DNA of 64,000 nt from Candidatus Magasanikbacteria bacterium CG11_big_fil_rev_8_21_14_0_20_39_34 (GTDB lineage Bacteria; Patescibacteriota; Patescibacteriia; Magasanikbacterales; UBA922). Shown piece after piece: positions 39,133 to 49,048 of this stretch. Within the stretch, counting starts at the first letter, position 1. Each line of letters starts with the position of its first letter. The notes beneath the pieces were generated by a model, which was not told the origin of the DNA, did no database searches, and was given only the letters and a program-made list of their open reading frames with translations. The stretch lies in the NCBI GenBank assembly GCA_002787355.1, contig PCWN01000007.1, positions 315,552 to 379,551 on the forward strand, written 5' to 3'. Made by a program: the position numbers and the translations under genes.

Positions 39133-39446
39133 TATTTTACTTCTGAAATTTTTACTTTACTGAAGTGTTGTCTGTGTCCGTTTGCTCGTTTGTAACGAAC
39201 CTTTCTCTTATACTTTACAACGCGAACTTTTCTTGATCTTCCTTGTTGTTCAAGAAGTGCTTCTACGGTAACACCTTCCAAGTATGGTGTACCAATCTTT
39301 ACTTCTTTTCCTTCGGAATCTGCAAGAAGAAGAACTTTATCGAAGGTAACTTTGTCACCCTCTACTCCTTCAAGTTTTTCAACTTTCAGTGAGGATCCAT
39401 CAGTAACAATGTACTGCTTTCCTCCTGTTTCAATAACTGCTAACAT
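39132..39446 (-). CDS. rplU: 50S ribosomal protein L21
   Basis: MLAVIETGGKQY, GHRQ. Confidence 0.97.
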   Translation of the reverse strand: MLAVIETGGKQYIVTDGSSLKVEKLEGVEGDKVTFDKVLLLADSEGKEVKIGTPYLEGVTVEALLEQQGRSRKVRVVKYKRKVRYKRANGHRQHFSKVKISEVK

Positions 39447-39544
39447 AGAGTTGTTTGGTTTAGGAAAATATATACGGTAGTGACCACATATCACTTTGAA
39501 ACCCTATATACTACCTCTCCCAAAGGGAGATAATATGTGGCATG

Positions 39545-39573
39545 ATTATAGTCGTTTTTGCAAAAAAAGTCAA
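39545..39573 (-). promoter_or_regulatory. rplU sigma70 promoter
   Basis: TTGACT-17-TATAAT. Confidence 0.75.
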
Positions 39574-40652
39574 GTACCCCCCTGGATATCATTTTTTTGC
39601 CTTTCTTTAGCGGAAAACCATACCCCTACCAAAAGCATGAGGATAAAGAGAAGGATTAAGGCAACCAACTTTTGATGTGACTGTAAAAACAAGGCACTCA
39701 TCCCAAAAAGGAGTGATATTCCATATAAAAGATATACCGTCTGCCTGTGTCCCAACCCCATATCAACCAACAGAAAATGGAGGTGTTCCCTGTCTCCGAC
39801 AAAAATAGATTTCCTTTTTTGCATTCTTCGAATGATAACACGAAAAACATCCAATGCAGGAATCCCCATTACCAGAAGCGTAGTCGCAATTTTTCCCCCT
39901 GAAATAATAGCCATGCATCCCAAAAGGAATCCCAAAAAAAGACTTCCACCTTCTCCCAAAAATATTTTTGCCGGGTGAAAATTCCAAAAAAGGAACCCCA
40001 AAATAGCCCCCACAAAAATAATAGAAATCATAGACATCTCCGGCTGAAACCAGGCAGCCTGCCTACTTAAAAAGAAAAGGACAAGTGCGCCAATACAAAC
40101 CATTCCTGCGGCCAACCCATCCAAGCCATCCAAAAATTTTGTGGTAAACATCATTCCCATGAGCCAAAAGAATACTAAAAAATCTGCAAAAAGCACGAGA
40201 TTGCCAATATTTCCCACAGATATTTCTACTGCTGAGAGATCTATCATTCCACCAAATGGATTGGTCACCCTATGCGGTCCAATACCAAAAGCAAGAATGG
40301 TAATGGCAGCAAGAACTGGGAAAATAAACTGATACTGAGGTGATAGACTATATTTGTCGTCTATAACACCACCCAACATCAAAAATGCCCCTCCCAATCC
40401 CATGCCAATCAAACTTCTTCCAGATATAAGCGCTCCAACTTCACCATCATAATAGGTAAGCAGGAGAACCAAAAAAAATGACAAAAAAATTGCCATTCCC
40501 CCTCCAAGCGGTATAACTTTTTTATGCTTTTTTCTTTGCTCAGTTCGAGGCCTATCTACAATATCCAAACGTCTCATCAAAAGCATGAGAAGAAAGGTAA
40601 TGATAAAACTCAGAACAAAGCTTAGAATGAAAAAACCAATATATGTGCTCAT
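39570..40652 (-). CDS. MraY/WecA-family undecaprenyl-phosphate sugar-1-phosphate transferase
   Basis: PLGGG, GVIDD, FLDGLDGL, NFHPAKIFLG, DREHLH. Confidence 0.92.
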   Translation of the reverse strand: MSTYIGFFILSFVLSFIITFLLMLLMRRLDIVDRPRTEQRKKHKKVIPLGGGMAIFLSFFLVLLLTYYDGEVGALISGRSLIGMGLGGAFLMLGGVIDDKYSLSPQYQFIFPVLAAITILAFGIGPHRVTNPFGGMIDLSAVEISVGNIGNLVLFADFLVFFWLMGMMFTTKFLDGLDGLAAGMVCIGALVLFFLSRQAAWFQPEMSMISIIFVGAILGFLFWNFHPAKIFLGEGGSLFLGFLLGCMAIISGGKIATTLLVMGIPALDVFRVIIRRMQKRKSIFVGDREHLHFLLVDMGLGHRQTVYLLYGISLLFGMSALFLQSHQKLVALILLFILMLLVGVWFSAKERQKNDIQGGT

Positions 40653-40715
40653 AAAAAGTCTTCCTTTATACAGGAAGACTAACAAATTTGAGAGAAAATA
40701 TCAACCAAGTAAAAA

Positions 40716-43475
40716 TTAAGAACTTTTTACAAAGATTTTGTCTTTTCCTTCAAAAACAATCGTATCTCTCCTTTGAAGTTTCCCGGAAAGAAGAAGCTCG
40801 GCAAGTTTGTTTTCTACCAGATCTTGAACCGCACGTCGCATGGGTCTTGCACCAAATTCCGGATTGTATCCTATCTCTAAAAGATCCTCAATCGCCTGAT
40901 CTGTAACCTCAAAAGTCATCCCCTTATTCTCAAGGTCTTTTTCAACTCGTTTCAACATAAGTCGTGCAATCTTTGCTACATCTTCCCGAGCAAGGGGTTT
41001 AAAAAGAACAATTCCATCAAAACGATTTAAAAATTCAGGACGGTAAAATTTTTGAAGCTCACCATGAATAATGTCCTGACGAATATTTTCCAAAGACTCC
41101 CCTTTTCCAATCTCTGCCTGCACATAGGAAGTTCCAGCATTTGATGTGGCAATTATAATACTATTGGTAAAATCAATTTTTCTTCCAACGCTATCTGTCA
41201 GATGTCCTTCATCAAATACTTGCAAAAAGAGATTCAGAATATCCGGATCGGCCTTTTCTAGCTCATCTAAAAGGATAAGAGAAAATGGCTGCTGACGTAC
41301 AGCCTCTGTAAGAATTCCAGTCCCTTGATTGCCTGGGGTCCCAATAAGCCTATACAGTGATGACTTATCCTGATATTCACTCATGTCAATTCGTATCATA
41401 CGATCTTCTGCCCCAAAATAAACATCTGCAATGGTTTTGGCCAACTCGGTTTTTCCTACTCCCGTAGGGCCCAAAAAGAGAAAGTTCGCAATTGGTTTCT
41501 TCGTAGAACGAATTTCTGCCCGTGCCCTCCGAAGCGCATTGGCAACCAACACTACCGCTTCATCTTGACCTATCACTCGTTTATGAAGTTCTTGTTCAAG
41601 TTGAAGAAGTTTTTCTGATTCCTTCTGAGTTATACTGGTTACCGGAATTCCCGTTTTTTGACTGACTACTGAGCCCACATCTTCTGGCAGTACCAAAGAT
41701 TCAACTCCTCTTTTGGTACGAGCAAAACTCCCAGACTCTGTTAAAAGTTCAACGGCACTTTCTGGAAGATTTTTGTCATGAAAAAACCTTTTTGCAAACT
41801 TCACAGCAGACTCAAGTGAAGTGTATGAAAAGAAAACCTTTAATTTGTATTCCATGTACGGAACTTTTGATTCAAGTACTTGTATTGCCTGATTTACATC
41901 CACTTCTTCTATATCTATTCGTGTAAATACTGAACCCACTTCTGAATTGATAATATGCTTATTGTATCCTTGGGTGGTTGTCGTCGCAAAAACCAAGAAG
42001 TTTCCTCCTTGAAGATATTCTGCCAAGGTTCCCGACACATCCAAGCCCTCCTGCCCTCCTGAAGCGCCAATAAGGTCCTGAAGGTTATTAATAAACAAAA
42101 TAATGTTCTTTGCTCGAGATACTTCATGCATGATACGGATAAGACGTTCCTGAGCTCCTGAAATAGTTGTACCTGCCAAAAGCGCAGAAATAGATAGCTG
42201 TACAAATCTTTTATCTGCCAAACGACTTGGGACATGTTCCTGAACCATTTTCTGTGCTACTCCCTCGATTATACTCATTTTTCCAACACCTGGTTCTCCC
42301 ACAAGGAGGATATTGCTAGACCCTGCCTCCACAACGCGAAAAATTTCCTCTAATTCTTTCTCACGTGCTACACATGGGCTCAAATTCCCATACTGTGCCG
42401 CCAGCGTTAGGTCCTGGCTAAAGTTATTTAAGTAGGGAGTTGCAATTGCGGTCATTGCCCTATCCAAACCATATTTGTTCCGCGTCTGAGCCATATGACG
42501 AAGTCGTTTTTGTTCATTACGAATATACTCTTGAATACGCAACCATTCCACAACATTGTAGAGCTTTGCTTGATCAATCCCTAAGTCATACAAAAACTCT
42601 TGTATTTGAGGAGAACGCCCCACAGTCGCCACCAAGAGTTCCGTAACATGAATATAGGTTTGCTGCGCCTTATATGCCAAAATGTATGAATGAATAAGGA
42701 TTTGCGCAGCATCATCCCCAATCCCCGGAGCACATTCTCTATCTCCCGGGGTTAATCCATCCGATATAACTTTTTTTATATCTTCAATTGGAAACCCAAG
42801 CCGAACAAAGATAGTTCGAATCTTTTGTGAGTCCAAAAGTGCATAAAAAAAGTGTAAAGGAGTAATCGTGGTATGATTTTTTTGATCCGCAAAAAAGTAT
42901 GCTTCTTCTATAACCTTTTTTACATCATCCGTAAACGCCTCTGAAAAATCGAATAGCTTTTTCTTACTCATACTCAATACCTCAGACCAGTCTGCCTGTA
43001 GCGGAGCCCCAGCAAGCTGTTCAAGAGAAATTTCCTCTTGTGCATAATCTTTAGGAAACTCTATACCTTTAAACTCCCTATGATCAAGGATAACCCTATA
43101 AATTAAGTAAGACCAAAAAAAGATCCCCAAAACAAAGGATAGTTTTGAAATAAATGGCATGGAAAGCCACGTTGTACTGGAAAAAAGAAGTGACAATGAA
43201 TGTGTTAGAAAAAGTTCCCAAACAAAAATTCCTAAAAAGATACATCCAAACAAAAGTGAAAAAAGAATTCGAATATGATTAAGCCGTCTACGTGCACGTT
43301 TGAGATTAATCTGAAAACGAGTAAGTGGCTGACCAAAATATACAAACTTACCATTAAAGACAATCCCCATACTTTTTGTATGACAAGTAGGACATGGCCT
43401 TCGATGCATGTAACCCGTACCATGACATGTCTGACAAAAGAGTATATTGAGTGATGGACTGGAATCAAACATCAT
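40716..43475 (-). CDS. ClpA/B-family AAA+ ATPase with N-terminal Zn-finger and two TMs
   Basis: CQTCHGTG..CPTC, TM pair, GEPGVGK, GPTGVGKTELAK, RIDMSEY, LLDELEKA, GARPMRR. Confidence 0.92.
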   Translation of the reverse strand: MMFDSSPSLNILFCQTCHGTGYMHRRPCPTCHTKSMGIVFNGKFVYFGQPLTRFQINLKRARRRLNHIRILFSLLFGCIFLGIFVWELFLTHSLSLLFSSTTWLSMPFISKLSFVLGIFFWSYLIYRVILDHREFKGIEFPKDYAQEEISLEQLAGAPLQADWSEVLSMSKKKLFDFSEAFTDDVKKVIEEAYFFADQKNHTTITPLHFFYALLDSQKIRTIFVRLGFPIEDIKKVISDGLTPGDRECAPGIGDDAAQILIHSYILAYKAQQTYIHVTELLVATVGRSPQIQEFLYDLGIDQAKLYNVVEWLRIQEYIRNEQKRLRHMAQTRNKYGLDRAMTAIATPYLNNFSQDLTLAAQYGNLSPCVAREKELEEIFRVVEAGSSNILLVGEPGVGKMSIIEGVAQKMVQEHVPSRLADKRFVQLSISALLAGTTISGAQERLIRIMHEVSRAKNIILFINNLQDLIGASGGQEGLDVSGTLAEYLQGGNFLVFATTTTQGYNKHIINSEVGSVFTRIDIEEVDVNQAIQVLESKVPYMEYKLKVFFSYTSLESAVKFAKRFFHDKNLPESAVELLTESGSFARTKRGVESLVLPEDVGSVVSQKTGIPVTSITQKESEKLLQLEQELHKRVIGQDEAVVLVANALRRARAEIRSTKKPIANFLFLGPTGVGKTELAKTIADVYFGAEDRMIRIDMSEYQDKSSLYRLIGTPGNQGTGILTEAVRQQPFSLILLDELEKADPDILNLFLQVFDEGHLTDSVGRKIDFTNSIIIATSNAGTSYVQAEIGKGESLENIRQDIIHGELQKFYRPEFLNRFDGIVLFKPLAREDVAKIARLMLKRVEKDLENKGMTFEVTDQAIEDLLEIGYNPEFGARPMRRAVQDLVENKLAELLLSGKLQRRDTIVFEGKDKIFVKSS

Positions 43476-43484
43476 AATAACTCA

Positions 43485-43832
43485 TTAGGAGAGGAAAAGA
43501 AATAAAATCAGAAGAATTGGTAATAAAAACCAAAAAATAACTACCATGGCAAGAAACAGAACCGCAAATACCAGAGCAAAAAAACGTCCAAATACATTTA
43601 TCATGCGAATAAAAATACTTACCAATCTCCCCTGCAAATCAGTCTGACCATACATGGGTACAAATATATTTTTCAGCCACAAAAAAGGAGCAAACCGATA
43701 ATTTGCCTCCGAAACACTATGAAGAAACCATCTTCCAACAAACAAAATTCCGCCTGTATACCACCAAAGAGGAAAATACAAAAAATCAAGGAGAAACTCC
43801 CAAGCCATTCTTTGAAATATAAGCATCCACAT
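43485..43832 (-). CDS. Conserved membrane hypothetical protein
   Basis: YFPLWWY, KNIFVPMYGQ; directly upstream of the Clp ATPase. Confidence 0.75.
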   Translation of the reverse strand: MWMLIFQRMAWEFLLDFLYFPLWWYTGGILFVGRWFLHSVSEANYRFAPFLWLKNIFVPMYGQTDLQGRLVSIFIRMINVFGRFFALVFAVLFLAMVVIFWFLLPILLILFLFLS

Positions 43833-43921
43833 AATTGAGCATTAAAAAAACAATCACTCCTCTCTCATTTTACCATAAAACAAAAAAACCCCAAAGGGGA
43901 ATTTTTTTATTGAATGATTTT

Positions 43922-44266
43922 TTAATTGCGAACAGCGACGCTTCCACCTGCAAATGGTAAATATTCTGGGGAGTCCATACTGACAAAATTCATACCAATT
44001 AATCTCTCTTGAACATTTGAAAGCGAACGATATTCGGCAACTTCTGACTGAAGCCGTTCATAATCGTTCTCAAGCCCAGAGAGCTCTTTTTGAAGATCTG
44101 ACATCTTGTAACCCTGTGTTGAAGAGGCACTCATCTGCATGGTGTATAAAAGGCCAAAAACACCTATACAAGCCAAAAGCCCTACTCGGAAACTACAACT
44201 AAAAATAAACTCCTTTGCACGCAGTTTCTTTTCTCTCATGGTTTTTTTTGTTCCAAAATTTTTCAT
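43922..44266 (-). CDS. ftsL: FtsL-like cell division protein
   Basis: TM plus coiled coil; overlaps the rsmH stop. Confidence 0.65.
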   Translation of the reverse strand: MKNFGTKKTMREKKLRAKEFIFSCSFRVGLLACIGVFGLLYTMQMSASSTQGYKMSDLQKELSGLENDYERLQSEVAEYRSLSNVQERLIGMNFVSMDSPEYLPFAGGSVAVRN

Positions 44267-45177
44267 AACTTCTTTGCAACACGTAATTTTGCACTGCGAG
44301 AACGAGGGTTTTCTTCCTGTTCTTTGGTATTTGGGATAATAGGCTTCTTCGTTAGAATTTCTATTTGTTTTTTGCTTTCTGATTTGAAGAAGTGTTTGAC
44401 AATTCTATCTTCCAGTGAATGAAAGCTGATAATTGCTATAATTCCTCCTGGATCCAATATATCCACGGCAGTTTTTAAAAAAGATTCTAACCTATGAAGT
44501 TCATCGTTCACAGCTATCCGCAATGCTTGAAAAACCTTTGTTGCTGGATGCAGTCCCCCAATCCAAGGAACTTCTTTATCTGTTTTGAGTTTCTTTCGAT
44601 AAACCGTAAGGACCACTTCTACAAGATCCTGAACTTTTTCAAAGGACTTTTCTTTCCTCTGCATTACAACCGCCTCTGCAATTTCTTTACTCAATTTTTC
44701 CTCTCCATAAACATGAAATATTCGTGCAAGTTCTATTTCTTCCATTTCGTTCAATATTTCTGATGCAGAATGTTGTCCTTGTGAGGATGAACCAGAAAAT
44801 CTCATATCCAAACGCTCATCCATCTTTTGAAAACTAAATCCTCTTCCTCTTTGCTCAAACTGTGGGCTTGACCATCCTAAGTCTGCAAGTATTCCTCCAA
44901 CATTCTGAAAATGTGTACTTTCAACAATTTCCTTTAATTCATCAAAATACCCACGAAAAAATACACAACGCTTTTCATCCTTTTGTAAATAATGTTTTGC
45001 ACGCAAGATTGCCTCTGGATCGGCATCAATCCCCAACAATTTTCCCTGTGGAGCAATCTTTTCCAGTATTCTTTCTGAATGACCACCATCACCAAGTGTG
45101 GCATCAATTATGTTTTTATTGGGTGATAACTCAAGTGATTGAACCACTTCTTCCAAAAGTACCGGAACATGACGCAT
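44263..45177 (-). CDS. rsmH: 16S rRNA m4C1402 methyltransferase
   Basis: HVPVLL, DATLGDGGHS, FQALRIAVN, SFHSLEDR, NPRSRSAKLR. Confidence 0.98.
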   Translation of the reverse strand: MRHVPVLLEEVVQSLELSPNKNIIDATLGDGGHSERILEKIAPQGKLLGIDADPEAILRAKHYLQKDEKRCVFFRGYFDELKEIVESTHFQNVGGILADLGWSSPQFEQRGRGFSFQKMDERLDMRFSGSSSQGQHSASEILNEMEEIELARIFHVYGEEKLSKEIAEAVVMQRKEKSFEKVQDLVEVVLTVYRKKLKTDKEVPWIGGLHPATKVFQALRIAVNDELHRLESFLKTAVDILDPGGIIAIISFHSLEDRIVKHFFKSESKKQIEILTKKPIIPNTKEQEENPRSRSAKLRVAKKL

Positions 45178-45231
45178 ATCGTAGATATCCTAAATCATAA
45201 ATCTTAAACGCTAATCTTTAGCATGTAAGAT

Positions 45232-45663
45232 TTATATTCCAAGATCTGCCATCTGTTCTGCAATATCATTACTCTTTGACTCGGTACGTTTCTTGTATAC
45301 TTCCCAAGAAGCGCTGTCCCAAAGTTCGAGGCGGTTGTAAAGACCAGCCACGACCACAGCTTTCCCAAGGGACGCAAATTTTCTCAAATATTCAGGTAAA
45401 ATGATTCTTCCTTGTTTATCTAATTTCACATCCATTGCACCCGCAAGCATGAGACGAGCAAATGCTCGGGTATTCGCTTGTGAAAAAGGTAAGCTTGAAA
45501 GTTTTTCTGCCAGCTTCTCCCATTCTTTTTTTGTGTAAAAGAACAAACAATTATCCAGGCCTCGAGTGACTACTCCTCCAACCTTAAATGAGGCATGAAA
45601 TTTCTTGGGAATTGCCAAACGTCCTTTATCATCAAGATTGTGGAAATATTCCCCTATGAACAT
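45232..45663 (-). CDS. mraZ: Division/cell-wall cluster repressor MraZ
   Basis: MFIGEY, DDKGRLAIP, DKQGRIILP. Confidence 0.97.
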   Translation of the reverse strand: MFIGEYFHNLDDKGRLAIPKKFHASFKVGGVVTRGLDNCLFFYTKKEWEKLAEKLSSLPFSQANTRAFARLMLAGAMDVKLDKQGRIILPEYLRKFASLGKAVVVAGLYNRLELWDSASWEVYKKRTESKSNDIAEQMADLGI

Positions 45664-45780
45664 AGGATTCAAGAGTAAAGCCTGTTTTATAATGCAAAGT
45701 GACTGGGATATAAAACAAGCTTTTCATTAATAGATAGACAAGCATTGTAACTATTAATGTCCTCCCAGTTGAAGAAAAAT

Positions 45781-45830
45781 TCCCCACTTTTCCCCACTTG
45801 CTTCCATTATATACCACTTGTAGACACGAA
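45781..45830 (-). promoter_or_regulatory. MraZ operator repeats
   Basis: GTGG-like units at exact 10-bp period upstream of mraZ. Confidence 0.8.
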
Positions 45831-45840
45831 TCAACCATAA

Positions 45841-45849
45841 TTATCCACA
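45841..45849 (+). promoter_or_regulatory. Consensus DnaA box
   Basis: TTATCCACA in the mraZ upstream region. Confidence 0.6.
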
Positions 45850-45938
45850 AGGGAAGCTTTTCACCCTGAAAGAGCAATACCACGGAAAAACAAAAAAGAA
45901 GCCTTCCTTGGCTTCTTTTTTCCTTCTCTTTGTTTATC

Positions 45939-47234
45939 TTATGTTTCAAGCCACTTTTGTCCCTGACGAACCAAAAGAGTCTTAGCAGCAAGTGGTTCTG
46001 CCATAATTTCTTTCACAATGCGCTCCATCCGAACACCTTGAGAACCTTTTATCAAAATGGTGTCACCAGATTTTATAAAGTCTTGCAAAAAACGGCCAGC
46101 ATCTAGTGAATTTGCAAAACTTACTACGGACTCATCTTTCATTCCACCTTTTTTTGCAGCAAGAGCAGCTGCTTTCATAGCCTCTCCAACAGTAATAAAG
46201 TAGTCAACTCTTTTTTCTGCTACACACAACCCAATTTGACGATGTTCTCTTTGTGTTTGTGCACCCAACTCAAGCATATCACCCAATACAGCAATACGTC
46301 TTCCCTTATGTTTTTGGTTACAACATAATACCAGTGCATCCAACGCCTTGAGTGTTGCCTTTGGAGATGCATTATACGTATCATCAATAATCATAGTCTC
46401 CTTTACTCCGGGTAGGATACGCATTCTTCCCGGCATCATCTCAACCGTTTGTAGAGCTTGACTGATTTCAACCAAATGCATCCCCAACATGAGTCCGATG
46501 CTCGTTCCTACTAGAACGGAATAGACAAAATGATCACCAATAACTCCTTTGAGAAAAATAGGAACGACACTTCCTTTGTAATCCACTTTAAAAATTAATC
46601 CTTCTGGCCAACCGGTTTGTGAAGAAAATCGTACTTGCACGTCTGTTGCTCGTACATGTGCTTGTTCATGAAATCCGTACGTAATAACTTCCGCATCAGT
46701 TTTTGTACGCATGCCATACACATTTTCATCATCACGATTAAGCACCGCTACTCCACTTTTATCCAAACAACCAACAACTTTTTGTTTTTCACGAATAAGT
46801 TTTTTTATAGTTTTAAAAAATTCCATGTGTGCTGGGGCAATCGCGGTAACCACTCCCACAGATGGTGGTGCTATCCCCGTAAGATAACTGATATCTCCCG
46901 GATGATCGGCTCCCATTTCCAATACAAGAATTTCTGGATAATTTGGGTCTTTTCGCAAAAGGAGGGCCGTGGCATGTAAAAAAACAGAACACCAACCCAA
47001 AAGAGATTTCCCTGGATTCTCTTTCCCAATAATGGTAAGAGGGAGTCCGATTTCATTATTGTAGTTCCCAACGCTACCACGCACGACAAACTTGGAAGCC
47101 AAAATCCGAGTCGTCATTTCCTTGGCACTCGTTTTCCCAACCGATCCGGTAATACCTACCACTTCAGGTTGATATTTTTTGATTATTCTCTTAGAGAAAA
47201 AGCGTAATTTTTTTTCAAGTATTATTTTAATCAT
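45939..47234 (-). CDS. murF: UDP-MurNAc-tripeptide--D-Ala-D-Ala ligase
   Basis: GITGSVGKTS, NNEIGLP, LEMG, DDTYNASP, LGDMLELG, IKGS. Confidence 0.94.
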   Translation of the reverse strand: MIKIILEKKLRFFSKRIIKKYQPEVVGITGSVGKTSAKEMTTRILASKFVVRGSVGNYNNEIGLPLTIIGKENPGKSLLGWCSVFLHATALLLRKDPNYPEILVLEMGADHPGDISYLTGIAPPSVGVVTAIAPAHMEFFKTIKKLIREKQKVVGCLDKSGVAVLNRDDENVYGMRTKTDAEVITYGFHEQAHVRATDVQVRFSSQTGWPEGLIFKVDYKGSVVPIFLKGVIGDHFVYSVLVGTSIGLMLGMHLVEISQALQTVEMMPGRMRILPGVKETMIIDDTYNASPKATLKALDALVLCCNQKHKGRRIAVLGDMLELGAQTQREHRQIGLCVAEKRVDYFITVGEAMKAAALAAKKGGMKDESVVSFANSLDAGRFLQDFIKSGDTILIKGSQGVRMERIVKEIMAEPLAAKTLLVRQGQKWLET

Positions 47235-47240
47235 AGAATT

Positions 47241-49025
47241 TTATTCTCGTGTAGGAGGAATCCTATAGTATTTAAGCATAAAATCGGCTAATTTGCTAAA
47301 AACCGGTGCAGAGGTATTGGAGGAGTACGCTCTTTCCGGTTTTTCAAATTTTACTAAAATCACAAACTTTGGATTATCAACCGGACCAAATCCTAAAAAG
47401 GTGTGGTTCGTCTCATCCGTATATCCACCGGGACCAGCAATCTGTGCCGTACCGGTTTTACCAGCAACATAATATCCATGCACTTGTGCTGCTGTCGCAT
47501 GTCCTTTGTCTACCACACTCACCAACATTCCACTTATAAGAGAAGCCGTTCTTCTATCTAATATTCTTTCTATAACTTCACGTTTGGTTTTTTCTCGTTT
47601 TCCATTTGGGTAGCGAACCTCCTGTACAATATATGGTCGTAATAACTCTCCACCATTTGCCAAGACGGAAAAAGCAGATACCATCTGTAATGGAGTGACC
47701 GTTATACCCTGTCCAAAAGATGCCGTTGCCGTATAACAATCAATTTTGTCACCGGAATTTTTATATAGGGAATCAATAGTACCGGCGCTTTCCGTATCGA
47801 GACGAATTCCTGTTTTTAAACCGAAACCATATTTTTCAACATATTGAGTAAATTTCATCTTTCCCAACTTTGTTGCCACATACACCATACCGGTATTGAT
47901 AGAATTATCTAAAATACCCGTCATGTCAGTATCCTCGTATTTTTTTCCGTCTGCATTTTGAATTTTTTTCTGACAACTTGCATCTACACTCCCACTATCA
48001 AAAAAATAAGAATTTGGTTCAACCAAACCTTCATTTATGGCTGCTGCCATAATAAGCGGCTTAAATACCGAACCCGGTTCATAGGGAGTAAATATCGCAG
48101 AGTTATTAAAAACTGAAGAGTCTTCAACACGGTTATATTCATTGGGATCAAACTCTGGAAGCGAGCACATACTCAAAATTGCTCCAGTACCTGGATCCAT
48201 AGCAATGAGAGTAGCACTTTTGGCATTATATTCCTTCATCGCATCCGTAAGTCTACTGCATAAGCCATATTGGAGCGCTCTATCAATGGTCAGTAAAAGA
48301 TCCGCACCATCTTCTGCAGGTTGCAATGAAAGATGTGCAAAAGCAATTAAACCTCCAGAACCACTTCGTGTTCCTTCCAAAAATCCACCGGAACCAGCTA
48401 ATATCTTTTGCCAATATCCCTCCAAACCATAACGCCCAACATCTAAACCTTCACTATTTTTTCCAAGAAATCCTACAACTGAAGATGCGAGTTGCTTTTC
48501 GGGGTAATACCTATAGGGAAGACGTGTATAATATATCCCTTCTAAATTTTCTGCCTTTATCAAATCTATCAAAGATTCATCTACTTTTGATTCTATGGGT
48601 TCATAGGGATCATTTCTTTTATTGAGTTTTAAAAAAAGCGCTAATTTTTTTTCATCATCATAATGCAGTATTTCAGAAAGTTTTTCTGCATCTGTATTTG
48701 CCTGATCATCAGTCAAAATTTCCCTTGTATTTGCGTACAACGTAAAATAATTCTTATTCATGGCCAAAGGAAATTCCTCACCAGTACGCGTATCCTGTAT
48801 AAATATATTTCCTCTTTTAGGAAAAAGTTGAGAATATATTTCATGGGAACCAATGGCTAACTGATTATAAAAATCATGCTCCAAAATCATAAGCACAAAC
48901 AGACGCACACAGACCACAAAAAAAGCACCCGCAACAGCAATCGCAACAACACGAAGACGAAGGTCGTTGCGACGACCTTCGTTGAGTTTCATTTTTTCCT
49001 TCCGTATTGTCTGTGTAAGGAGCAT
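47241..49025 (-). CDS. ftsI: Class B penicillin-binding protein (FtsI-like)
   Basis: EPGSVFK, SIN, KTGTAQ; exact start uncertain. Confidence 0.9.
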   Translation of the reverse strand: MLLTQTIRKEKMKLNEGRRNDLRLRVVAIAVAGAFFVVCVRLFVLMILEHDFYNQLAIGSHEIYSQLFPKRGNIFIQDTRTGEEFPLAMNKNYFTLYANTREILTDDQANTDAEKLSEILHYDDEKKLALFLKLNKRNDPYEPIESKVDESLIDLIKAENLEGIYYTRLPYRYYPEKQLASSVVGFLGKNSEGLDVGRYGLEGYWQKILAGSGGFLEGTRSGSGGLIAFAHLSLQPAEDGADLLLTIDRALQYGLCSRLTDAMKEYNAKSATLIAMDPGTGAILSMCSLPEFDPNEYNRVEDSSVFNNSAIFTPYEPGSVFKPLIMAAAINEGLVEPNSYFFDSGSVDASCQKKIQNADGKKYEDTDMTGILDNSINTGMVYVATKLGKMKFTQYVEKYGFGLKTGIRLDTESAGTIDSLYKNSGDKIDCYTATASFGQGITVTPLQMVSAFSVLANGGELLRPYIVQEVRYPNGKREKTKREVIERILDRRTASLISGMLVSVVDKGHATAAQVHGYYVAGKTGTAQIAGPGGYTDETNHTFLGFGPVDNPKFVILVKFEKPERAYSSNTSAPVFSKLADFMLKYYRIPPTRE

Positions 49026-49048
49026 AAAAAAACTTGAAAATGATGCTT

